DNA of 64,000 nt from Saccostrea cucullata (lineage: Eukaryota), in NCBI RefSeq assembly GCF_032062105.1, contig NW_026933409.1, positions 434,001-498,000 of the forward strand. The letters are read 5' to 3'. The translations under genes and the position numbers were made by a program. Positions 63,533-64,000 of this stretch are shown here, in pieces (positions within the stretch are counted from its first letter, which is position 1; every line of letters starts with the position of its first letter). The notes beneath the pieces are model-generated. The model did no database searches. It was not told the origin of the DNA and saw only the letters and a list, made by a program, of their open reading frames with translations.

Positions 63533-64000
63533 TAAAACATTGCTGTCATGTCATTCCTTTGATCTTGCAGTCTAAAATTTTACCTGTGGCAGTCCGATAT
63601 TAGTGAGCAGTCTGATATTAATCGTAATATCAGACTGTCTCAGTACTGATATCCTTCAAAATTGGACTGCTACTGAACAAAAGAAATAAAAGGAGTGATA
63701 ATTTAACAAACAGCAGTTTAAATTTCTCACATTGAAGAATTGCAAAATTAAAAAAAAAATATTAAATTTTCAATTACACCGAATTTACTGTAACAGGAAG
63801 AAGAACATGTGGCAGACCAAATATTGCAAATAAAAAAAAAACCCACAAAAAACGGGTAAACTTCTAATAAACTTATTAAAATTGGAGAAGTATTTCAACC
63901 CCTTTCTCTGGTGTTTGAAAAAGAGTTTGGGCCGAACATGCACTGTCTGATATTTTTAATACAGAATTGTATGAGGCATATATCGTACTTAAAATATTGC
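63533..64000. mobile_element. fragments of the 54212-55125 hairpin-element family
   Basis: 63533-63610 is the reverse complement of the terminus at 55055-55125. 63925-64000 matches the distal hairpin arm plus IR (54279-54347) on the + strand. Confidence 0.7.

Overview
AT-rich eukaryotic genomic DNA with three assembly gaps (11995-12350, 31038-31164, 55572-55704). The repeat content (CvA/pearl-type HINE, V-domain tRNA-SINE, abundant Naiad-like Penelope elements) suggests a bivalve mollusc, probably an oyster; this is an inference. I could splice two tandem, same-strand, 8-coding-exon paralogues of the DRAM/TMEM150 (Frag1/DRAM/Sfk1) membrane-protein family (CDS 23050-35787, 270 aa; CDS 52424-60969, 286 aa). 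Each carries a U12-type (minor spliceosome) GT-AG intron at the homologous position. The rest is mostly decayed mobile DNA: many Penelope-like (Naiad-type) RT fragments with a conserved structured 3' motif, a LINE RT, SINEs, MITEs, a foldback element and a satellite-carrying HINE. The most unusual signal is three sequence-unrelated non-coding elements that share one architecture: a long terminal hairpin containing strand-specific tandem GA/GA mismatches, followed by a short inverted repeat that pairs with the far end, with no clear TSD. This points to a folded single-stranded DNA mobility intermediate. Most short ORFs in the supplied track are spurious.
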